Below are positions 26,201-38,000 of a stretch of 64,000 nt of DNA, piece by piece. How positions within the stretch are numbered: position 1 is the stretch's first letter; each line of letters starts with the position of its first letter. The DNA is from Takakia lepidozioides (lineage: Eukaryota > Plantae > Bryophyta), in NCBI GenBank assembly GCA_030704615.1, contig CM060732.1:51460001-51524000 (forward strand), given 5' to 3'. The notes beneath the pieces were generated by a model that was not told the origin of the DNA, did not search any database, and saw nothing but the letters and a program-made list of their open reading frames with translations. A program made the position numbers and the translations under genes.

Positions 26201-29127
26201 CTCTCCTTCATCTCCAGCATCTGTAGAAAGCTCATTGCCTCTCTGAATTGCATCTGCTGGCATAGCCTTAGCTCCTTCAGTTACAATGTCAAAGCACTCT
26301 TCAAGGCCATTAGCACCCATGTGATGCCAATGATCTAGGTATGCTTGGGGATGATGGTACATTACCTTCATCTCTCCTTCATACAGCACCACCGAGTCAC
26401 CCTTTTCACAACCTTCTCCACTTCTTTCCTCAATCAAACTGTCACTTGGTGGAGCGGCTGTTCCAGAGCTGCTCTGCTCTTGTTTTTTCAGCTCCATAGG
26501 CTGCAGATTACTCTCTACAGAGACATGACTTGTCATGAGCTGCCTCCCATACAAGACATGCAGCTCCTTCACTTTAATGCTTGAGCTTGCACTGAGCATT
26601 CTCAGATGTCCTCGTGTACCCGGATCCCATACCCTTTGCTGGGCATAGTTCATTGGCTGACCTCTGAACGTTATCAGGTCAACCAGGGTCTTCTCAGCAG
26701 AAAGGCCAACCTTCTCTTTCTGATCCCTATGCATCCTCTCCATCCCAAGATGCATCTCTCTAAGAGAGTCAAACTTTGCTGCTAGTTTCCCCATTTTCCA
26801 CAACAAGAGTGTTGAACCGTGAGAAGATTTCAAATCTTTCTTGTGAACGGTACTCAAATCTCCCATCCTTTGTTTTGTGGGTGGGAATTCAAGTTTCCTT
26901 GTATCAACATCTACAGTTTCAAGGGCTGGAGAGACACTCTGGCTTTTGGCACGAACTGGTGATTTCAGCGGACTCACATCTGATCCCAAGTTGTCATGCA
27001 AGCTGATGTCTCTTGTGCACTCAACCAACATCCACTTAGACATACCATCTTCCTTGTCATCCTTCTCATGTGCTATATTGGTCGTATGTCCTCCTTTACT
27101 TGAGTGTTCCGAACTCCTTTTGTATTCAGGTTCATTGTCCTCCTTTGTCTTGCATTGCGCACATCTCACTCCTCCCATTCCCAATTGGTGTCCACATGTG
27201 TGTCTTTCTTTACACTCCATATGACCCTTCTTGGATGAACAAAAGGCAGTGACCTGCCCATCTACATAGCATTGGTCGTGCAACTGAAACTTCCTACTTC
27301 TGAACTCTTCTTCACTCAATAAATTTTGACCACACAACCCTTGCACGTTGTCGTTGATGACATCAAGATTTCTGTATATTGGTGTGGTGGCGGTATCATG
27401 ATCAAGACAATCATCCCTTGCTTCTAACTCTTGCTTGGTTCCACATTTTTTCCGCATGTCTTGCTCTATCTCCAACTGTGCATCCTTTATGTCTGATTCC
27501 AGAGGTGCATCTTGATCCAGACCCTTTCTCGTTTGAGCGAGCAATGTACACTCTTCCTCTACCCATCCCATCAGATCTGCCCAAGACTCCTTGTCATCTT
27601 CGTCTCTCAAGACACTCACTTCACAGGTTGTACCACTAATCCTTGGTGAGTTGGCAACACTATGCCCATACTCCCCAAGCATGTCTTGATCTACATGTGC
27701 CTTTGTAGAAGACCTTAGGATCTGCACAGGAACTTGCAATCTAGGTGCACACTCTTCATTGACACCTGATTGACTCTCTGTTGAACAAAAGATATCTTCC
27801 AAGATCTCTTCTTCCACATCACAAAACACATTCACAACGTTTGTGCCAAGAGAGCTTACACATTCGAATTCCATCCTTCTGCTGCTCTTCGACTCCCATT
27901 GTTCCAACATTTCACAGCCTGAATCTTGCATTCCACATGTTCCCATTTGCAGCCCCAGCCGGTGATTCTTTTCACTTCGGATCTGATTCTGTCTTGATGG
28001 ACATGCAGTGCAACACTCTACTTGCTGCCTTGTTTTGTTCAAGTTGAGAACTCGAGGAAGCATTGCAGGGACTTCACTGGTGTGGTTCTTCTCCCTAAAG
28101 CACCTCCGTGACATTGTTTTGTGATCTGGTATAGGTTTATGATCAATAGAACTCACAGGTGTGAACCTGTTGTGCTTATCCTTCTCAATCAGAGATAATT
28201 TCTCTTCCATCCCTGTAACAGACTCTTCCACATTGGTATCTATCTCATCAAACTTCCTTGCTAACATCACTTCATTCTTACTTGATTGATCTTCTCCTCC
28301 AAATTTCAAGATTATGGCTACTTGAAAATCATGCCAGTTCATGGGCCTTGGTTTTTGTATACGATGCCAAGTATCTGCCCGTCCCTTGAGATTCAGCCAT
28401 GCCGATACAAATAACTTGTGCTTATCATAGCTCCGGATTTCTCCATCCCTTTTCAGATTCTGGATCCAGCTGCAAACATCCTCATCCTCCTTCCCGTAAA
28501 ATGGAATGTTAGTCACCATTGCTCGCAATCACTCCCCTATCTTGCTACACTAAATCCTACATTTCCCGGATCAAAGACCGGCCTGCTCTGATACCAAAAG
28601 AAGGGGCGTGAATCCCCTTCTGGTTAATCCTAAATCTGTACTCCTCCTACTCGTCCCTGTTGAAGTATCAGGGCAAAGGAAAGGAGCGTTCTCTTTTCTG
28701 TCCAACCATCGTCATGAGGCTATATGGGTTTTTCCTTCAGGTTCGTTCGTGATCAGAGTTTGCGGAATCCTCATCCACGCCGCAGCGGAAGAGAAGACAT
28801 GGATGGGAGTCTTTGGTTTGTTCTTGCCCTCGGTTCTACTTCTATGCAACAGCCTGGCCCTATGCTCACTGCGCCAACAGTGTTGGCGTGATCTTTTATG
28901 TGATGCAAGCAGCCCAATGGCAGCGGTGAATACGACCCTTAATGTGAACCCCCTTGAGCAGTGACATGTCGGAAATCCCTTTTTGTAATGGTGACACAGA
29001 TTTAGAGGGAGACAGCTCAGATCTTCATAAACTGCAGGGGCACTGGTTTTCCTTCAGGATTCATGCTTTCTTCATCTCAATCTCCCCAAGTTGGCCATCC
29101 CCCCATCAACCCTTTTTGCTGAGCAGC

Positions 29128-29171
<44 letters not shown>

Positions 29172-31976
29172 CCTTTTCTCGTCTGTTTCTCTATCTCTGT
29201 CTATGTCTACAGGCTCCTTACTTCTTCACATACAGCCCATCTATCACGTAATGCAAATGCACACTCCGCCAGGCATCCAGTGCAGCCAGCCATGAAGTCA
29301 TCCTTGGTCTCACAAGGCAAAACCATCCCTTTCATCAGTCTCTCTATCTCTCTCTCTCTCTCTTCTCTCCGTCAATACTCAACCCTTCACACTACCCCTT
29401 TCTTTTAAAAGATCCCATTTCCCAAAACAGCTCTCATCCCTTCTTCAGATTCAACCTGAATACCCAACATCTCTCCTTTCCTTTCAACAAAAGGGCTTAA
29501 GTCGTTCATATCCTGATACAATGCTGAAATCACACCTTATCCCTTTTGTGTTTTCATACAGTTCCAGCTAACCCTCAGTTATCTGTCCAAGCAAACAAGC
29601 TATATCTACATTGGGTCCAGTGTATCACTACCCCCCCCGCAGCATTGTGTGCAGGTTTACAACACTGAAACAAGAACAAGAATGAAGACAACAGTGACCA
29701 TTCTGTTTTCTGTGACAACAGTCTCTCTCTCTCTCTCTTCACTCATTTTTCTTACTGACACTACGACGGCAGGTGTATCCATTCCTTCCATGTTCTGGTT
29801 TGAAGTCCAGAGTCTCCATTCCATTTCCAAAAACCTTTCCTCTATCACATGTCTCCACCCTTTCCTTTCAACAACCAGGGCAGTCCTAAATCTACCAAAA
29901 GCGATTTCTAAGTCCACCCAAAGAAGAAGCCCACAGTCTACCAACTTATCTGTTTTTATCCTCCAGTGAAGCGGTGGGTCAGCCTGCCGAGATGGCACCT
30001 CACCATCGCCTGTCAGCAGCCACCACAACCTTTTCTCCTTGTCTTGATTCCAGAGTTTATCATGCCATGATGTCTCCTCATCATCCTATGGAGCATCCTG
30101 TGGTTTGCCAACTAAATTGCTCTATTCTTCTATGCATGTAGCTCTTTAAGAACTGAAATGGACCTATAGCAAGAAGACAAAAAGGCAGCTAGAAGCCTGA
30201 TTACAGATAACCTGTGTTGCCATCCAGCCAGCACTCCACATGCCTTATCACCTCCATTGATTGTGCTCAGATTCTCTTCCTTGTGCTTCTGGCAGGTGGC
30301 CGTTCTCCTTGCTTGCTCATCTGCCCATAACTGTCATCTTCAAGACAGTGGCGGCAGCGGTGGTGCGCCGCTCTCCTTACATGCTCCTATCTCCATGAAT
30401 TGATCATCACAACGAGAAAGACGGCACCGCTTCCCTTTACACAGAATACCAAGCAGAGGCACTTAATGCTGCCCTCTAAACCAAGCGAAGTCCCACAGCG
30501 CAGGTACAACCTCTCAACACAGACTGCCCTGTCAACACCACAGCTCGCGGCAGCTGCTACGAATCGCCCGTCACCTTCCTCTTCGTTCTTCCTTCCTCGC
30601 GGATTTTAGGTTGAGCATCAGTGACGAAAACGTTCATCGCATGGATGAAAAATGCATGGTCACAACTTAGCCATTTTTATTTTGGCAACGCATGAGTACA
30701 GTATGCCCACAAAATTACCTGTATGGAGGGATATATCCCTCTTGCAGTTGGTATGATGGCCCTCCCATTATAGTGATGCAGGGTCTTAACGGTGAAGCCA
30801 AAATGTAATGTCACTCCCCTGCATTCACACTACATGTAGTCATATCCAGTCATTCGTTTCACCTCCAGGATTGAGTACATGTCCGACCCCCTGCCGAACT
30901 CCTGCTTGCAAGATACGATGTGATTCCGCACATTCGGACTACAAACGTGCGAGACGGACTCCAAGAGGTCACGCATCTCGTCTTCGGTCAAGGGCTCTCG
31001 GTCGGAACCATCTTCAGACATGATTTTGCCAAGAGCAATCTTGTGGGCTGCCTTCAGCTGAATCTGCTTTGGTCTGGCTCCGGGGCTCAATTTCACCTCC
31101 TCTTTTATGATGTCCTGTGCTTCCTGCACAGCCTCACGCATGTTGCCTCTCGCCAAGGGGTGGCAGTGGACCCCAACGTGTATGCAAGCTCTAGTCAAGT
31201 CCGGGAGCAAATGGATAACGTAATATTGCTTGGCTCTGCACATGGACATGCACGTCGGTGGTTCTTTGCAATGTGCACACTTGAAAGAACCCGCAGGAGC
31301 TTGGCTGGAGACAATGAATGGATGATGCGTTGTGCCAGTCCAATCCGTCTCGTTTCTCCGCCCTCCTTTGGAGAGAAAGTGGAAGCAGGTGGGATTGAGG
31401 CACCTCAGCTTCCCCGCACAGAGGACATATCGTACACGAACACCATCAGCAATTTTCGTGCTACTGGTCTTCGTCACACACCAGGGGTGTCCGTCATGCT
31501 TTCGATCCATGTCTGTTAACATCCCCGAGGCTTTCTTTGACGAAGAAACAGGTGGAAACTCGAAGATGACATTGCCATCGACTTCGGGAGGCAGAAAGTT
31601 ACCTTTCTGACTGGGAATTTGGCATAGTCGAGAGCAGCCAGCTCGGAGCGAGAACCATCGAGGTGATGTTGTCGTAGGAGCTGCACAATGGACCGGTTGG
31701 AGTTATGCTCGAGGGCACATGCGTAGCACCTACAGAGACGTCCATGCCGGATTTGAACGACCGTGTGGAGGACATGGGTACCTCAATGCAATCATCTTCC
31801 TCGTCGGAAATGTCGAATACGTCCACACGAGAAGCTATGGAGGGTCTTGACGGTCCAGGTCGGGAATGATTATCGTTGCATACCTCTCTGTTGGCAGTGG
31901 CCGCCTCTCGGTTTCCGGACTCCTTTGTGGATGGTGTGGGCAGCGACTGATTCGGAAAGGGAATGGGCATTCCCAC
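20463..31976 (-). CDS. MULE transposase: GCM-like Zn DNA-binding domain, DDE core, C-terminal SWIM finger. Intron 21976-21894; disrupted by the LTR element at 22669-30834; start codon uncertain
   Basis: CAGKLRCLNPTC..CAHCKEPPTCMSMC..HVGVHCHP; WVMFDH; FMADNAQA; CGFHW (CxxH); TNMAESVH; CNCTDF..CKHL. Phase-0 GT-AG intron. The frame rejoins across the insert as GYDYIQGSRFPGQG. Confidence 0.88.
22669..24914 (-). repeat. 3' LTR of the nested element (contains (CT)n microsatellites)
   Basis: Differs from 28596-30834 only by a few homopolymer/microsatellite indels that I can see. Confidence 0.95.
24926..24936 (-). promoter_or_regulatory. Polypurine tract AAAAAGGGAGA
   Basis: Purine run 11 nt upstream of the integrated LTR start. 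Confidence 0.75.
24935..28528 (-). CDS. Gag-like N-terminus, long degenerate linker and captured PLS-type PPR repeats (ORFs 26015-28528, 25651-26034, 24935-25807)
   Basis: FYGKEDEDVCSWI..LKGRADTW..NWHDFQVAIILKFG (gag); KPKQVTFLCVLNACA, SWSAMISGYAQHG, LQLFEQMKQEG (PPR). Confidence 0.75.
28585..28596 (-). promoter_or_regulatory. Primer binding site TGGTATCAGAGC (tRNA-iMet)
   Basis: Canonical plant iMet PBS directly abutting the 5' LTR. Confidence 0.93.
28597..30834 (-). repeat. 5' LTR of the nested element (lacks the terminal CACACTACA on the PBS side)
   Basis: Direct repeat of 22679-24914. Confidence 0.95.
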
Positions 31977-32663
31977 AGCTCGGTACAGGATGGTGTCTGA
32001 CGGGGGAACGTGCTATTCGATTCCGCAACCTCCGTCGTTACCTAGCACGACAATGGTCTCGTCAACCTGTCCAGGAACATCCTTCCTTTCTTCTTCCAAA
32101 TAAACTGTGCCCGGTTTGAGCTTGAATTTGAACAAAGGTAAGTTTCAGTCACTCTGCAAAGTCCTCCCTCGTTTGGGATCCAGGCTCTCCCAAGTTGCGG
32201 AGGACAGCAAACTATAGCGTAGGAATTCGGAGCCATCGAACACCGCACGGAGTTGGCAAGTGCGAGGTTCAGTATAGCGACAGACCAAGGCTCACAGGCA
32301 CCATCTAAGTGGATCTGCGGAGTCCATCGACATTGGAAGTCGCACATTGAAGTGGAAAGTATTGTTTCAAGCTACATGCATGAAGGTGGGAGGTTTGATT
32401 CCATAGCCAGTGAGTAGGACAATGATGGCCGATTCGGCGACGAAATAACATCTCCTGACAGTTTCTCCTGAGGGTGGATCCAGCAGTATTCCTCGTGCAG
32501 ACAGGAACGTTCGCGCTGACAAGTGCCAGGACTGCTGGTTAAAACGGTCAGACAACCAGTTGTGCTCATCAAGACTGGCCGCAATTGTGTTGTTTCGGAA
32601 CAATGCAACCCATTGAGGTTCCAGATTTCCCGTCACGAGTGATTCTGTCGATTGCTGGTGGAC

Positions 32664-34612
32664 GGAAATACGGCGCCGCATTTCCGTATTGCATCTTGGT
32701 CATGCAACAGAGCGACGGAAATGCGGCACCGATTTTCCGTCCGGGGGAAACCTTTATACTCTCCAGAACGGAAATGCGGTAACGCATTTCCATCCAGCAA
32801 GCACGGTATGTGAAGGTGGAACGGAAATGCGGTACCGCATTTCCATTCTGATTGAGATTATGAACAACGGGAACAGAAATGCGGCACCGCATTTCCGTCC
32901 GAGTCGCACTTTTCGACATTCCAGAACGGGAATGCGGTGCCGCATTTCCATTTTGTATCTGATGCATGGAGCTGAGGATAGAAATGCTGCAGCACATTTC
33001 CGTCCTTAAAAGACATTCATACTCTCGAGAACGGAAATGCGGTACCGCATTTTCATTCAACAAGCACGGTATGTGAGGTGGACGAAATGCGGTACCGCAT
33101 TTCCGTTCTGATTGAGAATTATGAACAACGGGAACAGAAATGCGGCACCGCATTTCCGTCAAAGTCGCACTTTTCGACATTCCATAAAGGAAATGCGGCG
33201 CCGCATTTCCATTTTGTATCTGATGCCTGGAGCCGAGTAGATTTCCGACAGCTTCATACAGCGCAATCCGACCGGTTGAGACATTCACACTATCCAGAAC
33301 GGAAATGCGGCACCGCATTTCCGTTCTGACTGAAAATCGCGAACTATCTGAACTGAAATGCGGCACCGTATTTCCATCCGAGTCGCACCTACCATCATTC
33401 CAGAACGGAAATGCGGCACCGCATTTCCGTTCTGACTGAAAATCCTGAACCATCGGAACTGAATTGCGGCAACGTATTTCCATCCGAGTCGCACCTACCA
33501 TCAGGCCAGAACGGAAATGCGGCACCGCATTTCCGTTCTGACTGAAAATCGTGAACCATCGGAACTGAATTGCGGCAACGTATTTCCATCCGAGTCGCAC
33601 CTACCATCAGGCCAGAACGGAAATGCGGCACCGCATTTCCGTTCTGACTGAAAATCGTGAACCATCGGAACTGAATTGCGGCAACGTATTTCCATCCGAG
33701 TCGCACCTACCATCAGGCCAGAACGGAAATGCGGCACCGCATTTCCGTTCTGACTGAAAATCGTGAACCATCGGAACTGAAATGCGGCAGCGCATTTCCA
33801 TCCGAGTCGCACCTCCCAACATTCCAGAACGGAATGTATTAGATTTAAAAGGGAAGTGCGGCACCGCATTTCCGTTCTGATGAAATATCCTGAAACATCG
33901 GAATTGAAATGCGGTACCGCATTTCCGTCGGAGTCCCACCATCCGACATTCCAAAACGGAAATGCGGCACCGCATTTCCGTTTTGTATGTGAGGCATGGA
34001 GCTGTGGAACGAAAATGCGGGAAGGCATTTCCGCCAGCGTCAGACGTTAATACTCTACAGAACGGAAATGCGGTACCGCATTTCCATTCTGACTGAAAAT
34101 CGTGCGCAACGGGTACAGAAATGCGGCACCGCATTTCCGTTCGAGTTGCACCTTCCGACATTCTCGAACGGAAATGCGGCGCCGCATTTCCGTTTTGTAT
34201 ATTCGGCCTGGAGCTGTGCTACGGAAATGTGTTGCCGCATTTCCATCCATGTGAGACCTTCAACCTTTCCAGACCGGAAATGCGACACCGCATTTCTGTC
34301 CAGGTGAGACCTCTATACTTTCCCGAACGGAAATGTGGCACGGCATTTCCATTCATCAACTAACGTATGTGAAGTGGGAACGGAAATGCGGCGCCGCATT
34401 TCCCTTCTGAATCTCATACTTGAGCTGTGGGACGGAAATGCGGCACCGTATTTCCGTTCAACAACTAAGGTATGTGAAGGTGGAACGGAAATGCGGTGCC
34501 GCATTTTCTTCCAACAAGTACGGATGTGTAGCAGAGTGATCGTACTTAACGGAAATGCGGCGCCGCATTCGCATTCTCGCTCCAACTCATCAGACGCTGG
34601 GACGGAAATGCC
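32664..34612. repeat. Array of ~35 palindromes GGAAATGCGGNNCCGCATTTCC with a 52-53 bp period
   Basis: Starts at 32664, 32717, 32770, 32823, 32875, 32928, 32980, 33033 and onward; 106-bp higher-order repeats at ~33407-33800. Confidence 0.95.
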
Positions 34613-35004
34613 TTGAAATGTGAACACGTGGAGCAACGGAATTGCTGCACATGTCGGCACTCTATCTGACTGAAGGGGCATGAGGCGGCGCGGCCTGACC
34701 GTTGGATAATGATGTTTGATTTTCGGACGGCGGCGTACCCTCAACGATTCGAATTTCGTAATGACGCAAACTCCACGAGGAGACACTTTCGTCCAACCTT
34801 TCGAACCCAAGTGGTGCATCACCGCCGTTTCATCTACTTTTGTCGTGTCTCCTCAGTCACCCCTCTCGCGCCCTTTCCATCTGCACTCTTTGCCCCTTTT
34901 CCCTCTCTCTGTTCTTCTTATGCTCGACTGAGAGGGGGGGAGTTCGTGCACCAGACAGGAGACCTCGTCGCAAGCTCCGGAAATTATACTTCGGACGTAG
35001 GCCA

Positions 35005-38000
35005 ATGCCGAAGGGGAGGAAGCAGATGCGTCTACAGGAGGAGATTGCCATCTCCGAGCAGCAGGCCACTCAGGCAACCCAGCCACCAGTGAGAGCTCCA
35101 TGCGATCGGGCTGCGCGCAGCTGATCGAGCACCGAACCCCCCATTTTGCTTCTGTAATTCTTAGACTGAATGCTAGGAGACTTGAATGCAGAACATGTTT
35201 GCATGCCTAACAGGAAAGGTGGACGTGCTGGATGGATCGCAGGAATCCGAAGAGCCGCTGGAAGAGTCCGAGGAGCTAGCTGCAGCACGTACACCCACCC
35301 GATCCCCGAGCGCGGGTACTCCTGCCGGGCCTAGCCCTCTGCGATTCAAAGACGCGTCTTCGAAGGGCAAGTTCAAAGTCTCAGAGATCGACTCGCGTTC
35401 TTCGATCATGGAGAATCGCCAGCAGGGTCGGGCCCTTCTCCAGCAAAGTCGAAGAAGAAGCAGCCCGTCCCTCTACTGGCTTCTGAACCGGCTCAGGCCG
35501 ATTCACCCCCCCCAACGCGAATGAAGCAGCAGGGTAGAAGACAGATTCTATTGCAGCAGACACCTTCACCTGCAAGGATGAGGAAGCAGAAGGCAATCAG
35601 GGCGACGGCCGAACAATCTCCCGCAAAACCGCTTCCACGAGCTGAAGCTCAGATCCTGGAGGATTTCCCGCCTGCAGATGTTGGGGCCGACTCTGCTGCA
35701 GCGAAGGCAATGGGATCGACCGTTGATCTCGATTTGGTACCGGAGGAGGGTGCTGCCGCTGAACGTTCGCAGGCAGACCTCACCACCGATGAGCTAGCAG
35801 GCCCGGAGGAGGCCTCTGCAGTGGCAGAATTGCCCGCACACAGGCCCCAGAGTGCAGCTCCAGTTGAGGATGCTCCACCTGCTCAGCCACTACCTGCACC
35901 TACAGACATGTCTCCGGAGGATTTCAAAAGTGCAGCGGATAAAATGTTGGAGGAGACACACAGTAGCATTGGCAGAGTTCTGGGCAGCAGGGTATTCCAG
36001 CGGACTCTTCGAATCCCACTCTGTCGCATGGTCTCCCTTCCCATCGTCAGGCAGGCCCTTCCCGGAGATGTGGATAAGCTCAAGTTCGCATTTCGAGAAG
36101 GGTACCGTCTGGGATCGGCAGCGTTTTTACGTTTCCATAGAGAATGAGGACGGCGAAACCCGTGGACCCACTGCCGATGAATTGTCAACGTGGGATACCC
36201 ACTGGCACACTCGCAACCACGAATTCGAGGCGACGCTGAATGATCCCGACTTCGGCCATATGTCGGGAAAAATGTTCTTTGTGTGGGACGGGAATCACCG
36301 ACTTCTCGCCTGGTGGGAGTACATCAAGCAGAACCATGCCAAGCACATTGGCTGGCATTACATGGTGGAGTGTGTCATCCTCAAGGTGAAGGCGGCAGAC
36401 TCCTCCCTCCTCAAGAATGCCATGGCGGACCTCAACTCGTAAGATACTCATACCCTCCCTAGCACATTCGAAATGCGGTGCCGCATTTCGGTTTCCATTC
36501 TGGTTTGATTCCGTGCTTCCGTGTACTGAACTGGAGAGTGTGCCTTGCAGGGTCACTGAGAATGCGTACGTGCATACCCACATGGCACATATGCTGTACA
36601 GGGTGAGGAAAACTGGTCTTACTGATCCGCAGATGTTTGCGGAAATGCTGGAGCCGGAGCTCATTCAGAAAGCCGTTGCAAAAACAGACCGGACATGGTA
36701 TCGTCTCACTATGGATGGAATGGTGGAGGTGATATACGAAGTAAGTCGTGCTCCAATTTCCCTCTGCTCATCCTTCCCCAATTTCCAGTAATGTTTCCAC
36801 ATGAATCGAATGTAACGCTTCTGCATGTTTTTGTTGGCAGTCAAACATCAAGCTGGATTTGGCCCATGCCAAACGCTTCTTCATGGAAAGTGAGGGGCAG
36901 GTCAAAACGTTGCAGTCATTGACTGAGCACTTGAAGGAAGCCGGTGTCAAGTCCAGAACCAAATACAAGTCAAAGCTTGTGAAGCTGGTGGCAATTGCAG
37001 ATCCGGCACTTGGAAAGGACTTCATCCCCGAGATTGCAAAACATTCTCGGGCCATGCAGCCGACCATGCAATTGGAGAAACTGCATGCATCACCTCTCAA
37101 CGGCATGTGTGGAGGCGAAAAAGAAGGTGAGGTTTTCAATGCACTGAATTTCCTTCCTAGCAATAGCCACTCTCTTCCAGCCACTGACATTGGATCGGAA
37201 ATGGCAGACACGGTGGCTGTCGATCTGGAATGCATCCGAGAGCATAAGGACAATGTGGTCTTTTCCACTGGAAGTTTCCGACCCTGCAGTGGATGTGTGG
37301 GCTCAACCGCATGACTTGGTGGTTCCAGGTAATTCAAGGTACTTCCCCAGATTTGCTTTTCTGACATGAATTCCCTGAACTGCTACGTGACAATGCATTT
37401 GGGAATGGCAGGTAATGTCGAATGCAAAGGAGCAAGTCGTAATGCACACAAATTCGTTCGGCTTGTACGTCAAATGGGATGGAACACAGACATTGGAAGA
37501 CTACGTGACACGTTTCAGATGTGCGTACAAGGACAACCTTTTCGCCAGAGAGCTACAGACAGCAAGAAGGAGCGTGGAGTTTACACATCAGGAGGGAGCG
37601 GGGAAAGCTGCAATGCGAATTGTTTACAGGTGAAGCACAGCTGCCCTTGTATGCGAAGCCTGGTTACGAGGTTTGTCTCGGAAATGCGGCACCGCATTCG
37701 CATTTTATGTTTTCGGTGGCACTCTGCCAGTAGGTTGGTCTCAAGTTTTGCTCACGCATGCTGACTGCCTTGCAGGTATATGAAATACGTGCTCCTTCAG
37801 ACAGGGGCCCTGGCTCAAGAGCCCCCGTTCTTCATGGCTTGGACCGTGGCGGGCCCAAGCTGTGTCTACACACCCGAGATGCAGAAACAATGGCATCCCG
37901 CGCATCTCGTTGGATGCCCGTGGTACCTGGACATGTCTGGCGGTATTGTTGACGAGTCTGAGAAAGATCTGCACGCCTTGGCAGAAGAGAAGAGAAAGGA

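Larger units (their letters stand above)
22669..30834 (-). mobile_element. Non-autonomous LTR retroelement (LARD-like) with 2.24 kb LTRs, tRNA-iMet PBS, gag-like/PPR ORF, and no RT or integrase
   Basis: Direct repeats 22678-24914 and 28596-30834; termini TGTAGTGTGAA..TTCACACTACA; PBS and PPT present. Confidence 0.92.

Noticed and set aside
22669-30834. CACTA transposon (CACTAC in termini, 3-bp duplication)
   Set aside because: The motif faces the wrong way (the element starts TGTAGTG and ends CACTACA), and the element has LTRs, PBS and PPT.
32664-34612. CRISPR array
   Set aside because: The repeat/spacer geometry is similar, but spacers are related to each other and tandemly duplicated, there are no cas genes, the context is a eukaryotic transposon, and the motif also occurs singly in introns.
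32569-34822. Long ORFs over the palindrome arrays (e.g. 343 aa; also 40355-41155)
   Set aside because: They are translations of the repeat (EMRCRIS/KCGAAFP/GNAVPHF) and are open on both strands.
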